DNA from: Novakomyces olei
Lineage: Eukaryota
DNA length: 64,000 nt
NCBI GenBank assembly: GCA_016906335.1
Contig: JADEYG010000007.1
Coordinates: 744,001-808,000 of the forward strand
Direction of reading: 5' to 3'
The notes beneath the pieces are model-generated. The model had not been told where the DNA came from and made no database searches. It worked only from the letters and a program-made list of their open reading frames with translations. Shown in pieces: positions 51,325 to 64,000 of the stretch (within the stretch, counting starts at the first letter, position 1; every line of letters starts with the position of its first letter). The position numbers were made by a program, and so were the translations under genes.

Positions 51325-53423
51325 ATGGATCGTAGGGCGACCGGCGGCGGTGGCGGCTTCAATGCTGCACCGTTATCCGGAGGCGCTTTACTATCAAAGG
51401 GCAATAATCAGGATACTGATCCGCACCCTGATGGTGGTCGCGGCAGTACGCTAGACTCGCTGTTTTTCCAGACTGGCGGCTCTGAGAGTTTACCTCTGGA
51501 AGAACAGGCTGAAGGCAGCAGCGGCAGTGGCAGTGGCAGTGGAGCTCGGAGTGGGGGTCTTAGTGGGGGACTTAGTGGGGGTCTCAGTGGGGGTCTCAGT
51601 GGGAGCAGTGGGAGTTTGAGTGGGAGCAGTGGGGGGTTAAGTGGGGCTGTCAACGCCAGCGGGAGTGGGAGCAGTACTGGTGATCCTATACAGCCGCTAT
51701 CTGTGACTGTGCCCCTCGAGTCTAATCGTACTCCCGTCGAAGCTCCTCTGCGAGCCACGAGCGACTTTACTCGCCGGCGAAACTGGTCAAAGGTACGGGT
51801 TTGCATTGAAAACTTTTCGAGTCGCTTTTGCACTTGTACAATATATTTCTTGGTCTTTGCCCGCTTCAATTTTGGTCTGACTGTTTACCGTGCTCTGCGT
51901 CTTTGTCGTTCCTGTTTAATGATCCGTTTTTATTTTATTTTTTATTTTTACTTTTATTTTTATTCTTATTTTTATTTTATTTTATTTTATTTTATTTTTA
52001 TTTATTTATTTATTTCAATTTTAATTTTTTTACTGTGTGCCGTTCGTTCTAACGTTAGGACATTATCCACGACCTGGAAGATATCATTCACGTCTTTGTG
52101 CCGGATGGTACAATCCGCTACGTTTCGCCAGCGTGCCGTCGCGTCCTGGGCGTACCCGAGTCCGATATGCTTGGCCGTAATATTACAAGTTTCGTACACA
52201 GCGACGACTACGCTGCCTTTGTTTCCTGTATTCAGGACGCGCTCTCCACAAAAAGGCCGTTTGTGACTTATTTAAGGTACACTTGCCGTAACAGCAGCCA
52301 CGTGGTAGTTGAGTGCCGAGGCCATCCGTACTATGAATCCTCTTCCCAAGCATCAGGCTCGAGCACAGCTACCCCAGATTCTGCTGAAAAGTCGTCGTCG
52401 GCAGCAGCAGCCGCAGCAGCAAACAGCAACAGTAATAATCCTTCAGAGCAGACTTTTATATTTATGAGTGCCCGTGTATACCCGACAATCAGCACTTACC
52501 TTCTCGATACCTTTCTCGAACTCAAAATAGAGAACGAAAGGCTGCGTACAATAATGCGACGGTTAAGAACACCCGACGGTTACTCTTCAGCCGCCGCTAA
52601 ACCCCACGAAGCATATTCTTTAGGTGGCAGAGAAGGAGAAGGGCAGAGCAAAATGTTACCTCCTCGAGGCAGGCCGGCCAATCAGCCGGCGGATCTCAAT
52701 AATGCCTCCTCCTCTTGCTCCGCAACAGTAGCAGGTACTGCTTTCTCACCTTCTGCGTCTTTTACACCTGGACAAAAGTACGAAGACAGTGCAAATGTCT
52801 TTAATGGCAGTGTTCCGTCTCAGTATGATATGCACACGGCTGTTTCAAGCAACGGGTCTTCTTCCTCCATCGGGACACAAGGCCCGCAAGGCGGCTCTTC
52901 CAGTCCCGTGGCTGTAATAACAATGGACGGGCATATTGTCCCTCTGTCCCCACGGACATCACAGTTTGGTCATGATCCGAATCAAAGTCTGTCTTTTGCT
53001 TTCAACAACTTGCAGAGCCGCAGAACTCCTACGTACAATGCTCCCATTGCTTACTCAATGTCGTCTCCTTACCACAATGTGAATGAAGGAGGCATGTATG
53101 AGGCTTCTAGTACGAATACTGCTGCAAATGTGGCGGGAAATGCGGCAAATAGTATCATGAATGAGCCTCCGCGAAGGAAAAACCGGAAACTGGCAAACTT
53201 GGATGTTGAAGAGTACGTTTGTACTGACTGTGGTGCGACTGAATCGCCAGAGTGGCGTAAAGGGCCGAGTGGAGCAAAGACACTGTGCAATGCTTGTGGA
53301 CTGCGTTGGGCCAAACGGCAAAAGAAGCTGAAAAGGATGAATGCTGAACGTACTGGCGCGGGAGTGAACTTGAACGGCGGAACTTCAACCAGCGGATCTG
53401 ATCGTGACAGAAGATCGAACTAG
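51325..53423 (+). CDS. wc-2: White collar-2-like PAS + GATA zinc-finger transcription factor; intron 51793-52058
   Basis: DFTRRRNWSK|DIIHDLEDIIHV, PAS domain (YVSPAC..FVHSDD), LDTFLELKIENERL, CTDC..SPEWRKGP..LCNACGLRWAK. Confidence 0.85.
51549..51648 (+). repeat. Coding 12-bp and 9-bp repeats encoding (SGGL)n and (SGS)n in the WC-2 N-terminus
   Basis: AGTGGGGGTCT(T/C) units. Confidence 0.75.
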
Positions 53424-53952
53424 GTGGCGTGTTTAATCCCACTACGACAGTGTTTAGGCTTGTCTTCTCGTCAGCTTCTATTTTACTTGTGGCAGTATAC
53501 TTTTACCGATACGCGCCTATTTATCTTGCAACCCTTTTCCCATGTTACTATCGAGCCCTGACAGTTTTTGATACCCAATAGCTCTGCTGCGAATACGTTA
53601 TTACGTACTTTCTTTGCATTGGTCGGTGTTATACACGTTGAACCCTTGTATTTATTTGATCATATCCGTCCATGTACTTTTATATTGAGCCTCCTGTGCT
53701 CGCACTCTATGAAAAGAATAAATTATTTTTTTTCCATACTGGCTCTTGCCCATTAATTGCTGCGTGTACGGGATACATTCGCGATTGACCTATAGAGAAT
53801 GGAATAGCTTCGGATATATGTACATTATTTTCCCGTAATAAAACTATTCGGGTCCTGGGTCTTTTGCCCTTGTATTTACGTGCGCGATATTCGACAGGTC
53901 AAGATTGGATATTAATTTACAATAGCAAAGAAGCCATCGGAGCCGGTACGCA

Positions 53953-55865
53953 TCAAGATTGCATTGTAGCCGTCCCCAAATACACAGGCGAATGGCCTTC
54001 CGGGGTATATACAACATCAGCACACTTTAGCGCCAGAGCCTTGGCAGTTAGCAATTAAAATAATATAATAAATATAAATAAATAAATACCTTGAAAAAGC
54101 GCCGCCATTCTAAAGGGTCGCCGATATCTTTAAACATATTTATCGCAACGAGTCCAGAACCAAACTCGGAAATCTCTACTGAGCCATCAAGCTGTAGGCC
54201 ATGAGTATCATTATGCTGGAGCGGTATTTTACAGAATAGTGCGGCAGAGTCTGCCGATAGTGGAGACGAAGGCATACTGAAACGTACAGCCAGAGAGGAC
54301 AGAGCATTTGCTATCGTCTGCAACAAAATCGGCAGAGGCGCATCAGACAGAAACCGCGTCATTCTCGTTGATGGAACTACGTCAGCGAATCGGCGAGCTT
54401 GTTGAGTAAGCGATTCCACATATTCCGTAGGCCGCTGGGAAAATTGAGATAAAAAGGCAGCGCCATCAGGAACGGAGCTTTTAGCAATATCTTGTGTATA
54501 TTCGAGCACAATATCGTCATTGGGGGCGGGTGAGATTTGCAGGGTCATACTGGCGTCTTGGGACGATTCAGACGATCCGTCCACTAGAGCAGGAGGAGCT
54601 ACAGCTGCTGTTTCTCCCGCAAAAGACGAACTTACTTGCTGGCCAAGATCGACATGGAGCCTTTCCAGCAGAGAGGCGCCGAGTGCTAATGGGTCTCGTG
54701 CACGGTTTCCGGTGCCGATTAGAGGATTGAGCCGTTTAACCCAAGGGTGAGCGTCTATTTCTGCCATTGAAGGCCGGGCAGCGGCATCAATCGTGAGAAT
54801 ACTGTCCAAAAGATCACAGAGCCTTTCATCAACAGCTCCGCTTTGCTTCAAAGAATGAGGGTTACGTACATGAGAAGCAAAATCTGGATCGTCCGGTGTG
54901 GGATGAGCCCACGGTGTACAGCCAAAGAGCAATGTAAATAGCACTATTCCACACGACCAGACGTCGACTTTTTCTCCATCGTAACCTTCTTCAGAGCACA
55001 GAATCTGGAATTAGCATTGTTGAAAGGATCAAAGTTAAACTGTTATGGGTTCAAGCTTGTATTTTTCATTTTTCTTATACTTTTATTTTTGATATTTATA
55101 TTTTGCTTCGTATTTTTTTTATAAAATTTTTAATTTTAAATTTTTTAATCCCATTCTTCCTTACCTCTGGGGCAACATAAGGAGGACTTCCGCAAACTGT
55201 GTTCAAGAGACGCGTCTTGCCCCGATGGCGGAACAAGCTTGCAAAGCCAAAATCGGAGACTTTAAGCATTCCATCATGTAGCAGTATGTTTTCAGGCTTG
55301 ATGTCTGTACGTTAGATGAAGCAATATAATATAGAAAGAATTGCGCAAGCACCTCGATGAGCTACACCCTTGCTGTGTAGAAAAGACACTCCGGCGATAA
55401 GCTGCCGAAAGAACAAGTGGCCAACATCAGGGCTGACGCCTATATCAGGTTCTAAGCCAAGTTAGCAAGCATTATACTGACAGGGACAAATCGCACCAAT
55501 TTTATCAAACAAATCTCCGCCTTGTGCCCATTCGAGTATTATCCAGCGCATAGTGTTGTTCTCCGAGGAATCGATAAAGCGGATAATATTCTCATGATTA
55601 TTGCAGAGCTTATGTAGCATTATCTCTGCTTTTGCTTGCACGGCATTGTATCCTGGTGACTTTTGCTCTTCCACTTTATCGATGAATTTTACCGCCCATA
55701 CTTCATCGCTTGTCTTGCTCCGGCACAAGTGCACTCTTGAACCGGGTTAGAAGAATCAAAGACCTGTAAAACGACTTACGACGCATATCCGCCTGCGCCT
55801 ATAGCAGCGCCAAAATAAAAAGGTAGATCGGGCGTAAGAAGCCAACGGTCTCCTTTGCGTGACAT
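53953..55865 (-). CDS. CHK1: Checkpoint kinase Chk1, multi-exon
   Basis: [51 protein letters not shown] and KA1 motif [11 protein letters not shown]. Confidence 0.93.
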
Positions 55866-55963
55866 GTGATGGTCTATGTTTGGGTATAAACAAACAATTG
55901 CACTTATTATCTTTATAATTCTCGTGTTTCATATATAATTATAGTCTGTACTTTGCAACGAGT

Positions 55964-55969
55964 ACGCGT
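55964..55969. promoter_or_regulatory. MCB element ACGCGT upstream of CHK1
   Basis: Exact match about 100 bp upstream of the ATG. Confidence 0.4.
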
Positions 55970-56255
55970 GCGTACCTAAATAACTTTGATATTTGTACAA
56001 AATAATCTGATAATTGATATTATAGGTGATTGCACAATACATTAATGCTTAATATATAACCCTTGCACTGGACCTAACTTTGCACTGGACCTTACTTTCC
56101 GGAACAGCGAGCAGCACAATAAGAAAAATAAAAGATAAAGCAACATTACAGCAGGTGTCATGAGCCACATTGCGATAGAGCGACAAATAATATGTGCGTA
56201 ATAATTAATGTATATAGTATACACTGTTGGCCAACAATGACGAAACGACCCCACA

Positions 56256-57434
56256 ATGACAGAGGAATATTTGTCAAAGTGCGATAGCCGCTCGTCAGAC
56301 GGAACGGCGCACGAGCTGCTGGCGATTGAAGGCACAACTATTGCGCTTATTCATGAAGGCAGCAAGCATGAGCGTGCCCGCGGTACGCTGCACGTGCTCG
56401 CTGCTGAAGGCGGCAGCAATGGCAATGACAATGACAATGACATCAGTGACTCTTCGTTGTCAGCGCTAGTTTTGCTTTTGCACGTGGACGACGGCTTTGA
56501 TTTGGTCCTCGAGCGGACGACGCCTATTTACTTGAAGCCTCCACAGGGCTACCTTGTACCTTACACGGCTATTGAAGGCTCCTTTCTCGAGCTTCAGTGC
56601 CCTTTAGCAGACATGGAGACTCTGGCAACACTGGAAACTTTGCTGACAGAGTACGCAGCGCTGATGGACACTTCGCTGCGCAATACTGTAGCCCTTATGG
56701 ACTCTGAAAGTGGGGCACTGGTGGGCACTTTGGACACTAAAGTAGACGAAGACGAGAGTCTCCGCGACGCAAATGGTAAAGATCCCGTCATTGTCCAAAT
56801 GGACCAGGCCGAAGAACACGCGCACGTGACCGCTGCTACGGGGAGGGTAGAGCGAGCAGGCGATTATATAGCTTATGGCGTAGTTTTGGGTGCAGAAAGT
56901 GTGGGCAGTATGTTGAACACGGCAGCAAAAAAGTACAGAGACCGAAGGGCAGAGCAACAGCCAGACAGGAAGCCTGTACAGTTTAGTGAAAACACTCGAG
57001 CCCGGGCTCGTCGTATTTACGCACTGTCTAACCGGCTCGTCCACGTCTCTGACCGTACTTTGGGCGCTGTTAGACGTGCAGCTAGTGCGGCTGGAGGAGC
57101 TTTTGGTCGAGACATTTACATTCCCTCCGCTGCCTCGTCCTCGCGAATGGGCCAAGGCCTGACGGCCGTTTCAAAAGTCTTTGATGGGCTCCATGAGGCT
57201 GCGGTATCACTGAGTGCAGATGTTAGTACGGCACTTCAAACAGCAGTAGAGGCGCATTATGGCGAGGAAGCAGGCGCAGTGTCTCATGATGTTGCTGGCG
57301 CTGTACGTAACGTTGTTCTCGTCTACTATGACGGTATTGGCGTACAACGTCGTGCGCTTTTAAAGGCTGCTGGAAGGGGAGTAGTAAGAGGCCGGACGAA
57401 TAAGGGTCATGATGTATTCATGGCGGCCTCTTGA
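56256..57434 (+). CDS. Spartin/senescence-domain protein
   Basis: N-terminal PH-like region; C-terminal amphipathic region with FDGLHEAA..VEAHYGEEAG..RNVVLVY.DG.GV.RRALLK. Confidence 0.75.
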   Translation: MTEEYLSKCDSRSSDGTAHELLAIEGTTIALIHEGSKHERARGTLHVLAAEGGSNGNDNDNDISDSSLSALVLLLHVDDGFDLVLERTTPIYLKPPQGYLVPYTAIEGSFLELQCPLADMETLATLETLLTEYAALMDTSLRNTVALMDSESGALVGTLDTKVDEDESLRDANGKDPVIVQMDQAEEHAHVTAATGRVERAGDYIAYGVVLGAESVGSMLNTAAKKYRDRRAEQQPDRKPVQFSENTRARARRIYALSNRLVHVSDRTLGAVRRAASAAGGAFGRDIYIPSAASSSRMGQGLTAVSKVFDGLHEAAVSLSADVSTALQTAVEAHYGEEAGAVSHDVAGAVRNVVLVYYDGIGVQRRALLKAAGRGVVRGRTNKGHDVFMAAS

Positions 57435-57525
57435 TCATTCTGAGGTTGAGGGGGGTTTGTACATTAGGCTTGTGTTGAGATATGTGTTTGATTATAATGT
57501 TATTCTCTGGGAAATAGTCAAAGAT

Positions 57526-57568
57526 AGAGCTGCGTCAAATTAGAGCTGCGTCAAGATAGCTGCGTCAG
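57526..57568. repeat. Three tandem AGCTGCGTCA units (CRE/AP-1-like TGCGTCA core)
   Basis: agagctgcgtcaaat / tagagctgcgtcaaga / tagctgcgtcaga. Confidence 0.7.
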
Positions 57569-57976
57569 AGGTACAAAACGCTTGTATTATTATCTGCGTC
57601 CTAACATTGTCGCGTATATATAAAGTTAGATAGGCGACTTATACGGAATATCAAGGTTACTTTAACGACCCGCTCGATAAATTTGGCAAGTATACCTTGC
57701 CGCTGACAGGTACTGTAATAAAGTCCCGGCAAAGTACCAAAAGTACCCAATGTGCTGTCCCGCGTAAGACATAAATGTGTCCAACGTTACATTTATGTAT
57801 GGCACAGTACTCACAGTACCGATAAATGTACGGCTAATCAGGGCCAAAAAGTAACACATTTTAATCAGTAACTGCGTCTACCGCCACGCCAATGATCGAC
57901 CACATGATCATGTTACCGCACACGGCTGAGCCATAATGAATCATCCAATTGAGTGCGACCCAAGTCTTTAAGCTCA

Positions 57977-59943
57977 ATGGCTCCTCGCCGGCGACCTTGC
58001 GATGCCTGCCGTAACCGCAAATCGCGGTGCGAGTTTGATGGAACGGAACCGCGATGCTGTCTTATGTGCCGCTTCCACTCTACCGAGTGCACTTTCCACA
58101 AAGACCCACCGCCCCGACCTGTGCATGCGAAGAAATGGGCTCATGGCGAGTTCACTGTCCCCATTCTGTCCTCCTCCTCCTCTTCCAAGAAGGCATTTAT
58201 GGCTACGGCTTCTGTCCGTGAAGCGGTAGATCGCGCTTCCGTAACTTCATACAACTTGAGTCGTGCTAAAGTACCAAGTTCCCTACTCAATTCGAACTTG
58301 GGACTCAACAACGATCAAAGTGTCCACTACATTGGCCACACTCACGCTCTAGCGCCGCCTACTTTTTCATTCGCGCCCTTTCAAGAAGGCCAAACTGAAC
58401 TTGGATCGCGGCTGAGTGTCCGCCAAGTACAAGCAAACACCACGTTTCTCATAGCCGCAGAATCAAATGAGAATCGTGCACGGGTTGCAGTTGATCTGAC
58501 GGCTCTTGATGCGATTATTCAGCCTTATGCTGCCGACTTGACTCGTGTATATTTCGCCCGAGTGCATCCTTGTTTTCCCCTCGTGGACAAGCACGTTTGG
58601 CTGGAAAAAACTGAGAGAAATCAGGCAGAAATTTCACCACTTTGCCTGGTGGGCATGTACGCAGTCGCCCTGAAATGGTGGGATCAGGATGCGGGGCTAC
58701 GAGAGCAGAAACGGCGGCCAGATGAGGCCGCACTTCACGCATTAGGGGACCGTTTATTGTCGGAAATGATGTGCGAGCCTTTTGCTCATTTTTCACACGT
58801 ACAGGGGGCAGCATTAATACTGCTTGCCCGGCAGGGAGAAAATGTTAGTTGGGCACAATTGTCTCTGATTGTGGCCAAAGCCAAGCAGCTGGGACTCCAT
58901 CTCGACTGTGAAGCCTGGAGTATTTCTGTGTGGGAGAAGATGTTACGGCGCCGGCTGGCTTGGGCACTTTATGTTATAGATGCTTGGTACGCTCTAGGAC
59001 TGGGGATGCCGCCTAATATATCGGAATCTTGGTGGCACGTACGCGTGCCCCTGCAATCAGAGTTTTCAATTCACGGTGATACAAGTGAGCAGGAGCATAT
59101 TGCTTACTTGGTGTTTTTGCAGCTGATCAACCTGAGTCGGATTGTTGCTGCTATTTGTCATACAATTACGTACGTATTTTAATTGGTCTTTTTTTTTAAA
59201 AATTTTATTTATCGATGATTATCTAGTATGATGCTAATTAAAGCGGAGCAACGATGGAGACTTCAGGTGTCGCGAGTCTCGAGCTCGATGCCTGTGATCG
59301 GTTTCAGCAGCGAATGAACGACTGGTTTCACAAACTTCCGGCTGCCTTTTGGGACGCTGATGACTTTGCAGTCCCTATAAAATCGTTACAATTATGTTTT
59401 GTTGCGGTCAATGTTGTTATTGGAAGGCTATTGTTACAATCCTCTGGAAATATGCACGCAGAAACACAGAGAATGTGTCGCGAATCGGCTCGTCGACGCG
59501 TACTTACAGTTATTGAGTTTATGCGTAGTCTAAGAAGCATTAAATCTGTGCAAGTCTTTTGGTACCCCGGCGTTGAACACTGTGCCTTGCTGGCTGGATT
59601 GCTGGTTCACACAATGCTTGTCACTTCTATCACTTTGGAGGAAGCAGCCTGGTTTCGTGCCTGTTTACAAAACTTTAGCACTCTTTTAAATGACCTTTGT
59701 GAAAGCAATGCTGGGTTTAAACTCGCACAGGCTCGATTGGATCAGATTACCATGTACATTTCGCAGGTAAGCGACGAGCAAATTGTATCCCGGCAAGAGC
59801 TGGCTCGAGCTCTATGGTCCACGATTGTAGACGGGATTAATCTTAGTCCAGACGGATTGAATGCAGGAGCAATAAATTTGAACCAAGAGCAGGTCGAGCC
59901 AAACCAGGATGAGGTTTCCTTGAGCCAGGATGAGTATTTGTAA
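57977..59943 (+). CDS. Zn(II)2Cys6 transcription factor with fungal TF domain (Dal81/TamA-like); one intron near 59170-59226
   Basis: CDACRNRKSRC..CLMC..CTF, YF.RVHP.FP, LGLHLDC..W....WEK.LRRRLAWALY. Confidence 0.88.
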
Positions 59944-60225
59944 ACTGAACGAGTATATCCTGGGAGTTTTCGTCGCGACTTTGAATCTGCACGAATGCTT
60001 ATTGACTAGCAAAAGCTGTTGATTGTGCTGAATGAGCATTTCGAAATTTAAACAGATTTTTTTAAGAGAGCTTTGATAGGCGTTGTACCAATATTAATTA
60101 ATAAAACACTTGCAGTAATGCTAAACCTCACAGTGTAAACATTACTCAAGCCATGAAAAAACGTAGACATAAATTGGACATAATTCAAGCTAAATAATCT
60201 AGACAATCATAATTATGAATGAAAA

Positions 60226-61144
60226 TCAAGTACAATCCCGGCGCGGGGGGAAAGCGAGCCAGCTGGCGGCAATGGCGGCCTTCAAAGAGGCAGCCAGCCA
60301 AAGCACAGACGCAAGTCCTACCCTCCGCTCTATCCAGCCACCACAAACAGCTCCGACAAAGGCAGCCAGAGCACCGGCGACTCGGCGATCCCGTTTTTCA
60401 TTGTGGAGAGAGAATATTTGAGCATCACTGGTCAGATCGTTATATAAACTAGTAAGAACAGTGGTAGGCAATTCGTTAAACCCGAGGACACGGCTCGAGG
60501 CCACCTGCGCACCAAACTGAACAGACAGCATTGGAATAGCGATACAAATTCGCTCGTTGTATAATCGGAAACGAGGCGGGATAACGCCGGTTTGTACCAG
60601 GATTGCGGGTATAAATATAAGCAGACTTTGCAGCAAAAACCCGAGGAAAAGGGAGCTTCGTCTTAAGGGGCCCATCCATCGTGATAAACGGGAAAAGGTA
60701 AACGATCCCAACATGAACCCGGGAATAGCGATTAAAGCGTGCAGCCAAAGCCGAGGATCGTCCTGCGGCATTCGCGCTGTCCCGATACCAAGAAACACAG
60801 TGTTGCCTGTTGCATATTAGAATACGAGCCGCAACATAGACATTGACTATAAAAAGCTCAATCAGAAAAGCAATAGTGCACAGTAATCGGCAGTAAATCA
60901 GTGTCAAAGCCTACTTTTCCCGAATATTTGAGCGTCAGAAAGCAGAGCGTGCAAGATCAGAATTAGTATTACCTGTTTGCATTCCCGTAAAGACAGAGTA
61001 GGAGGAAAACATGCCAGCGTCTACGAGACAGGTGATATAAAAGCAGAGCAAAAGCGCGATATAGCCATGTTTAGGATCAATCGATTTTTGTAGCCATATT
61101 TCCCCGCTATCATTGCTCTCCTTTGATTCGCTGGCAGACGGCAT
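60226..61144 (-). CDS. DUF1275/YoaK-family membrane protein, 2 exons
   Basis: LVDA..F....VFTGMQT|GNTVFLG, Q.G.Q..SR.LG..ELPTTVLTSLY.DL..D; multiple TM helices. Confidence 0.85.
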
Positions 61145-61792
61145 TCAGGGTCTTTAACTCGACAAGTCTATAACAAATTAGCGATTAGCGCGGCCGCAGC
61201 TTACCGAGGACCGATCCTGAAATGAGAATATTGAAATTCAGAAAGCGCAGTGACAGATTTCGGTGGTTACGCTATCTGTCGCGCGGCAAAAATAATCCAT
61301 CATGCCCACACAAGATTGCTTGAAAAAACGAAAGCGCTATTATAGTATTATCGAGACAAAATATTAGCACATCGCATTTAAGCATTATTAATTATTAACA
61401 AGTATAAAATATACTGGATCATCACTTAATGTATCGATGGATAGAGATACAGACTAAATCTGTGACTAAAATTTGGCAGTTGGAAGGACAAGTGAATCGT
61501 ATCTATTCTACACAATCGCAATCTATTTGGAAACCTGAAGCAGTCTGAACAATACAAGTCTTAACCCATAACCCTTACCTTGCTATCGCGTACAAATCTA
61601 TCTAGTCTACATTGTGTATACATATATATACCCAAGTATATCTCCAGCGCACATCGGGCAAGATCGGTCATTGCTTTGGCAATTGAAGGCCATTTCTCGT
61701 TTAGCCGTGCTTTCTTTGCCTCGAGATTCTTTTGCCTCTCCTCTGCTGCCCTTAGAGTCCGAAACTTTATATCCTTTCGCCTTTCTACCGCT

Positions 61793-64000
61793 TCAGAACT
61801 CCAGCTGGTAATCCGTATCGAGAAACGGCTCGCAATCAGCTACAGACTGGCCCAGAATCTCGCAAAGCATGCTTGTAATATTCGGGTCAGTACGAGCATC
61901 CACCAGTTTCTCTGTATCAAGGGAATCAATCTTTTGTCTCGGCGGCTGTTTCCCCATAGTCCACCCTGTAGACATAAACGCTTCTGAAAGCAAAGAGAAA
62001 TTGTCACTGAACGGCTTTGCATCCGGCCACCTGTCGGCCATTACACTGAGCAGGGAAACACACCGAGTAATTTGTGGCATTATCCGGTGAATAACGTCAA
62101 AAAGCCTCTCCTGATCCTGGCTCCAGAGGCAGTAAAGTAGAGTAATCCCAGCTCCATATATGTGGTGAAGCGTGTAGTAAGTATGCCTTAAATATCCATT
62201 GGATTGCATTATTTGAAACAGGTTCAGCATCTCTGTTGCTGCGGAAACAACACGGAAGACTTCGTCGCTAGTTGTGCTCCCGTCAATTAAGGCATTTCTG
62301 CAGAGTGTAAAAATCGTATTGTGATAAACGAGTCCCAGTGTGGAGTAAGGGTCCCCTCGCAGTAAGGAAACGTCCAAGTCTCGCGGCAATTCTGCCCAAA
62401 CTTGATCTAATTCTCTAATAAAATGCTTGCGCTGTTCTCGTCTTTCCTCGATTCCACCGTCGGCCCTTTTACACAGAAAGCTCTTCACTAACCCCTGCCA
62501 CCGGCGAAGCCTAATGGTTGCATTGAATATTTGAATAGCAACACTATCAACACTCGTATACTCTGGCAACCAAGGATCAGGCAGGCAAGCGTCAATCTCG
62601 TCATCTGGGATCCGTGTTGGTCGACCCAGTAGGAAAGTATCACTGCGATCAAGCGCATAAATTGAATAAAAAAGCCGATTCCGTTGATCAACATCAAGTC
62701 TTGACCAATGTAACCGGTCCCGGTGCAATGAGGCATCTCTATGTAAACCTTGCTGCATGGCAGTGTTGAGCGACATGCCCACTAGTCGCCAAAGGCTCTG
62801 GCCGGATCGGCTTTGCAGGCTGTAAACGGCCAGTAAGAAAAGCGCCTGCACGCATAGAGTATCATCTCGTACAAGCACCGGGTCAATGTACCTCAGTGCC
62901 GACATGTAAAAGGCTCGTGAACTGTACTTTGCATGGTAACTGAAATGTAAAGGCTCCATAAATTTAGCGCCAATGGCCCACACCATATAAACTTGGAACA
63001 AATCTTGTGCTTGAGCTCCGTTTCGGAGTGTTTGTACATTTGCTAGACGTTGAGCAAAAGCATGACGATCAAGTATGGGGTACTGCCAATGAATCCAGGC
63101 GAAAAAACTCTCTACCAGCTCTTCAGAGTGAGCAGGATTAGGGATAGGAGCCTCTTTTACCTGGCTTTTATATATACTATCATACATCCTGTACTCGGGC
63201 TGTGAATCAACTGGGAGGGGCACCTCCATCTGCAATGTCTTCCCAAGCACTCTCGCAAAAGTTAGGCCTGAAGACGAGCCCATGAAATGATGTTCGCTAG
63301 AGGCACTTAGAGCTAAAAGGCCAACACCTGACGCGATCTCGTCATACTCGTGCGAAGGCAGAACCATGCCCGAAGATTCGGCTGAAACTGATTCCGGTGA
63401 CTTTTCCGATAGACTTTGTCTGGAATCTAGTCGCTGTACTTGCCCAGGCTTTGATCCCGGGGCCGAGCCTGATATATGTCTTGATCCTAATTGAGACTCG
63501 TAAGTTTCATGTTTTGCCAGTTTGGATACTGGCTCTTCTGCACTTTCAGGCGCAGCTGTAGTTGGACCGTTTTCTTCTGCTCCTGTTCCTCCTGCAGCTG
63601 CCGCTGGAAGTGCAATAGAAAGCGACACTCCCGAGTCTGCAGCTGCAAAATGGTCCAGCACTAAATCCGGTCTGTATACATGCAACGATTTTTCCAGTAG
63701 AGCGACTCGTTCTTCCAGAGACTGAACGTATCCGCGCGGATAAAGCCGTTCCGAGTACGGATCTTCCATAACGCAGACCAAATTGGCCCTTCGGCACGCG
63801 GAGCAGCTGAACGTGGGTTAAACAAACCGTAAAGATAACGCATTTGTAATAAAGCAACATCCAACGAATTCAGGCGTAAAAAAAAGAATTGAAAACATTG
63901 GAGATGATTATCCATAATGACTTACGATGGTACTTCACCGTCGCACTATCGCGATAAAAAGCAAACGCATTAGTTACAATTAAACTTTAAGAGGCAATTG
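61793..64000 (-). CDS. Zn(II)2Cys6-type transcription factor (Ppr1/UaY-like); 5' exons extend beyond the window
   Basis: End of the zinc cluster (CSACRRANLVC), PRGYVQSLEERVALLE dimerisation coil, GSSSG, FF..IH..YPIL, GLHRD..RNRLFYSIY.LDR..LGRP. Confidence 0.85.

Overview
Gene-dense, intron-containing eukaryotic DNA from a fungus. The gene set (Seb1-, Byr4-, ELL-, Ebp1-, Gemin6-, XRCC4- and WC-2-like) and the GT..CTAAC..YAG introns suggest an early-diverging, fission-yeast-like ascomycete (inference). I can support about 30 protein-coding genes; many are split across several ORF-track entries, so I reconstructed them by hand from splice signals. They include ThrRS, a Slm1-like BAR-PH protein, Seb1/Nrd1, an OB-fold protein, DUF3807, aspartyl aminopeptidase, SelO/Fmp40, Byr4, XRCC4, an Ebp1/AFF-like protein, Vtc2/3, ELL, Gcn5, Ost5, Rad1, Rad50, a GH5 glucanase, RanBP9/Gid1, Bpl1, a Gemin6-like protein, Ies4, Ubc11, WC-2, Chk1, a spartin-domain protein, DUF1275 and two Zn2Cys6 factors. 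I found no transposon, tRNA, rRNA or CRISPR array. The most notable observations are: a GH5 glucanase whose catalytic acid/base Glu is Gln; near-adjacent ELL and Ebp1/AFF-like genes; an OB-fold gene that appears to start at ACG beside a long 8-bp microsatellite; a 15-bp TGTA-rich minisatellite in a bidirectional promoter; a concentration of DNA-damage genes with MCB-like sites; recurrent telomere-like AACCCT boxes; and a hairpin-rich intergenic segment. All family assignments come from motif recognition by eye, not from database searches.
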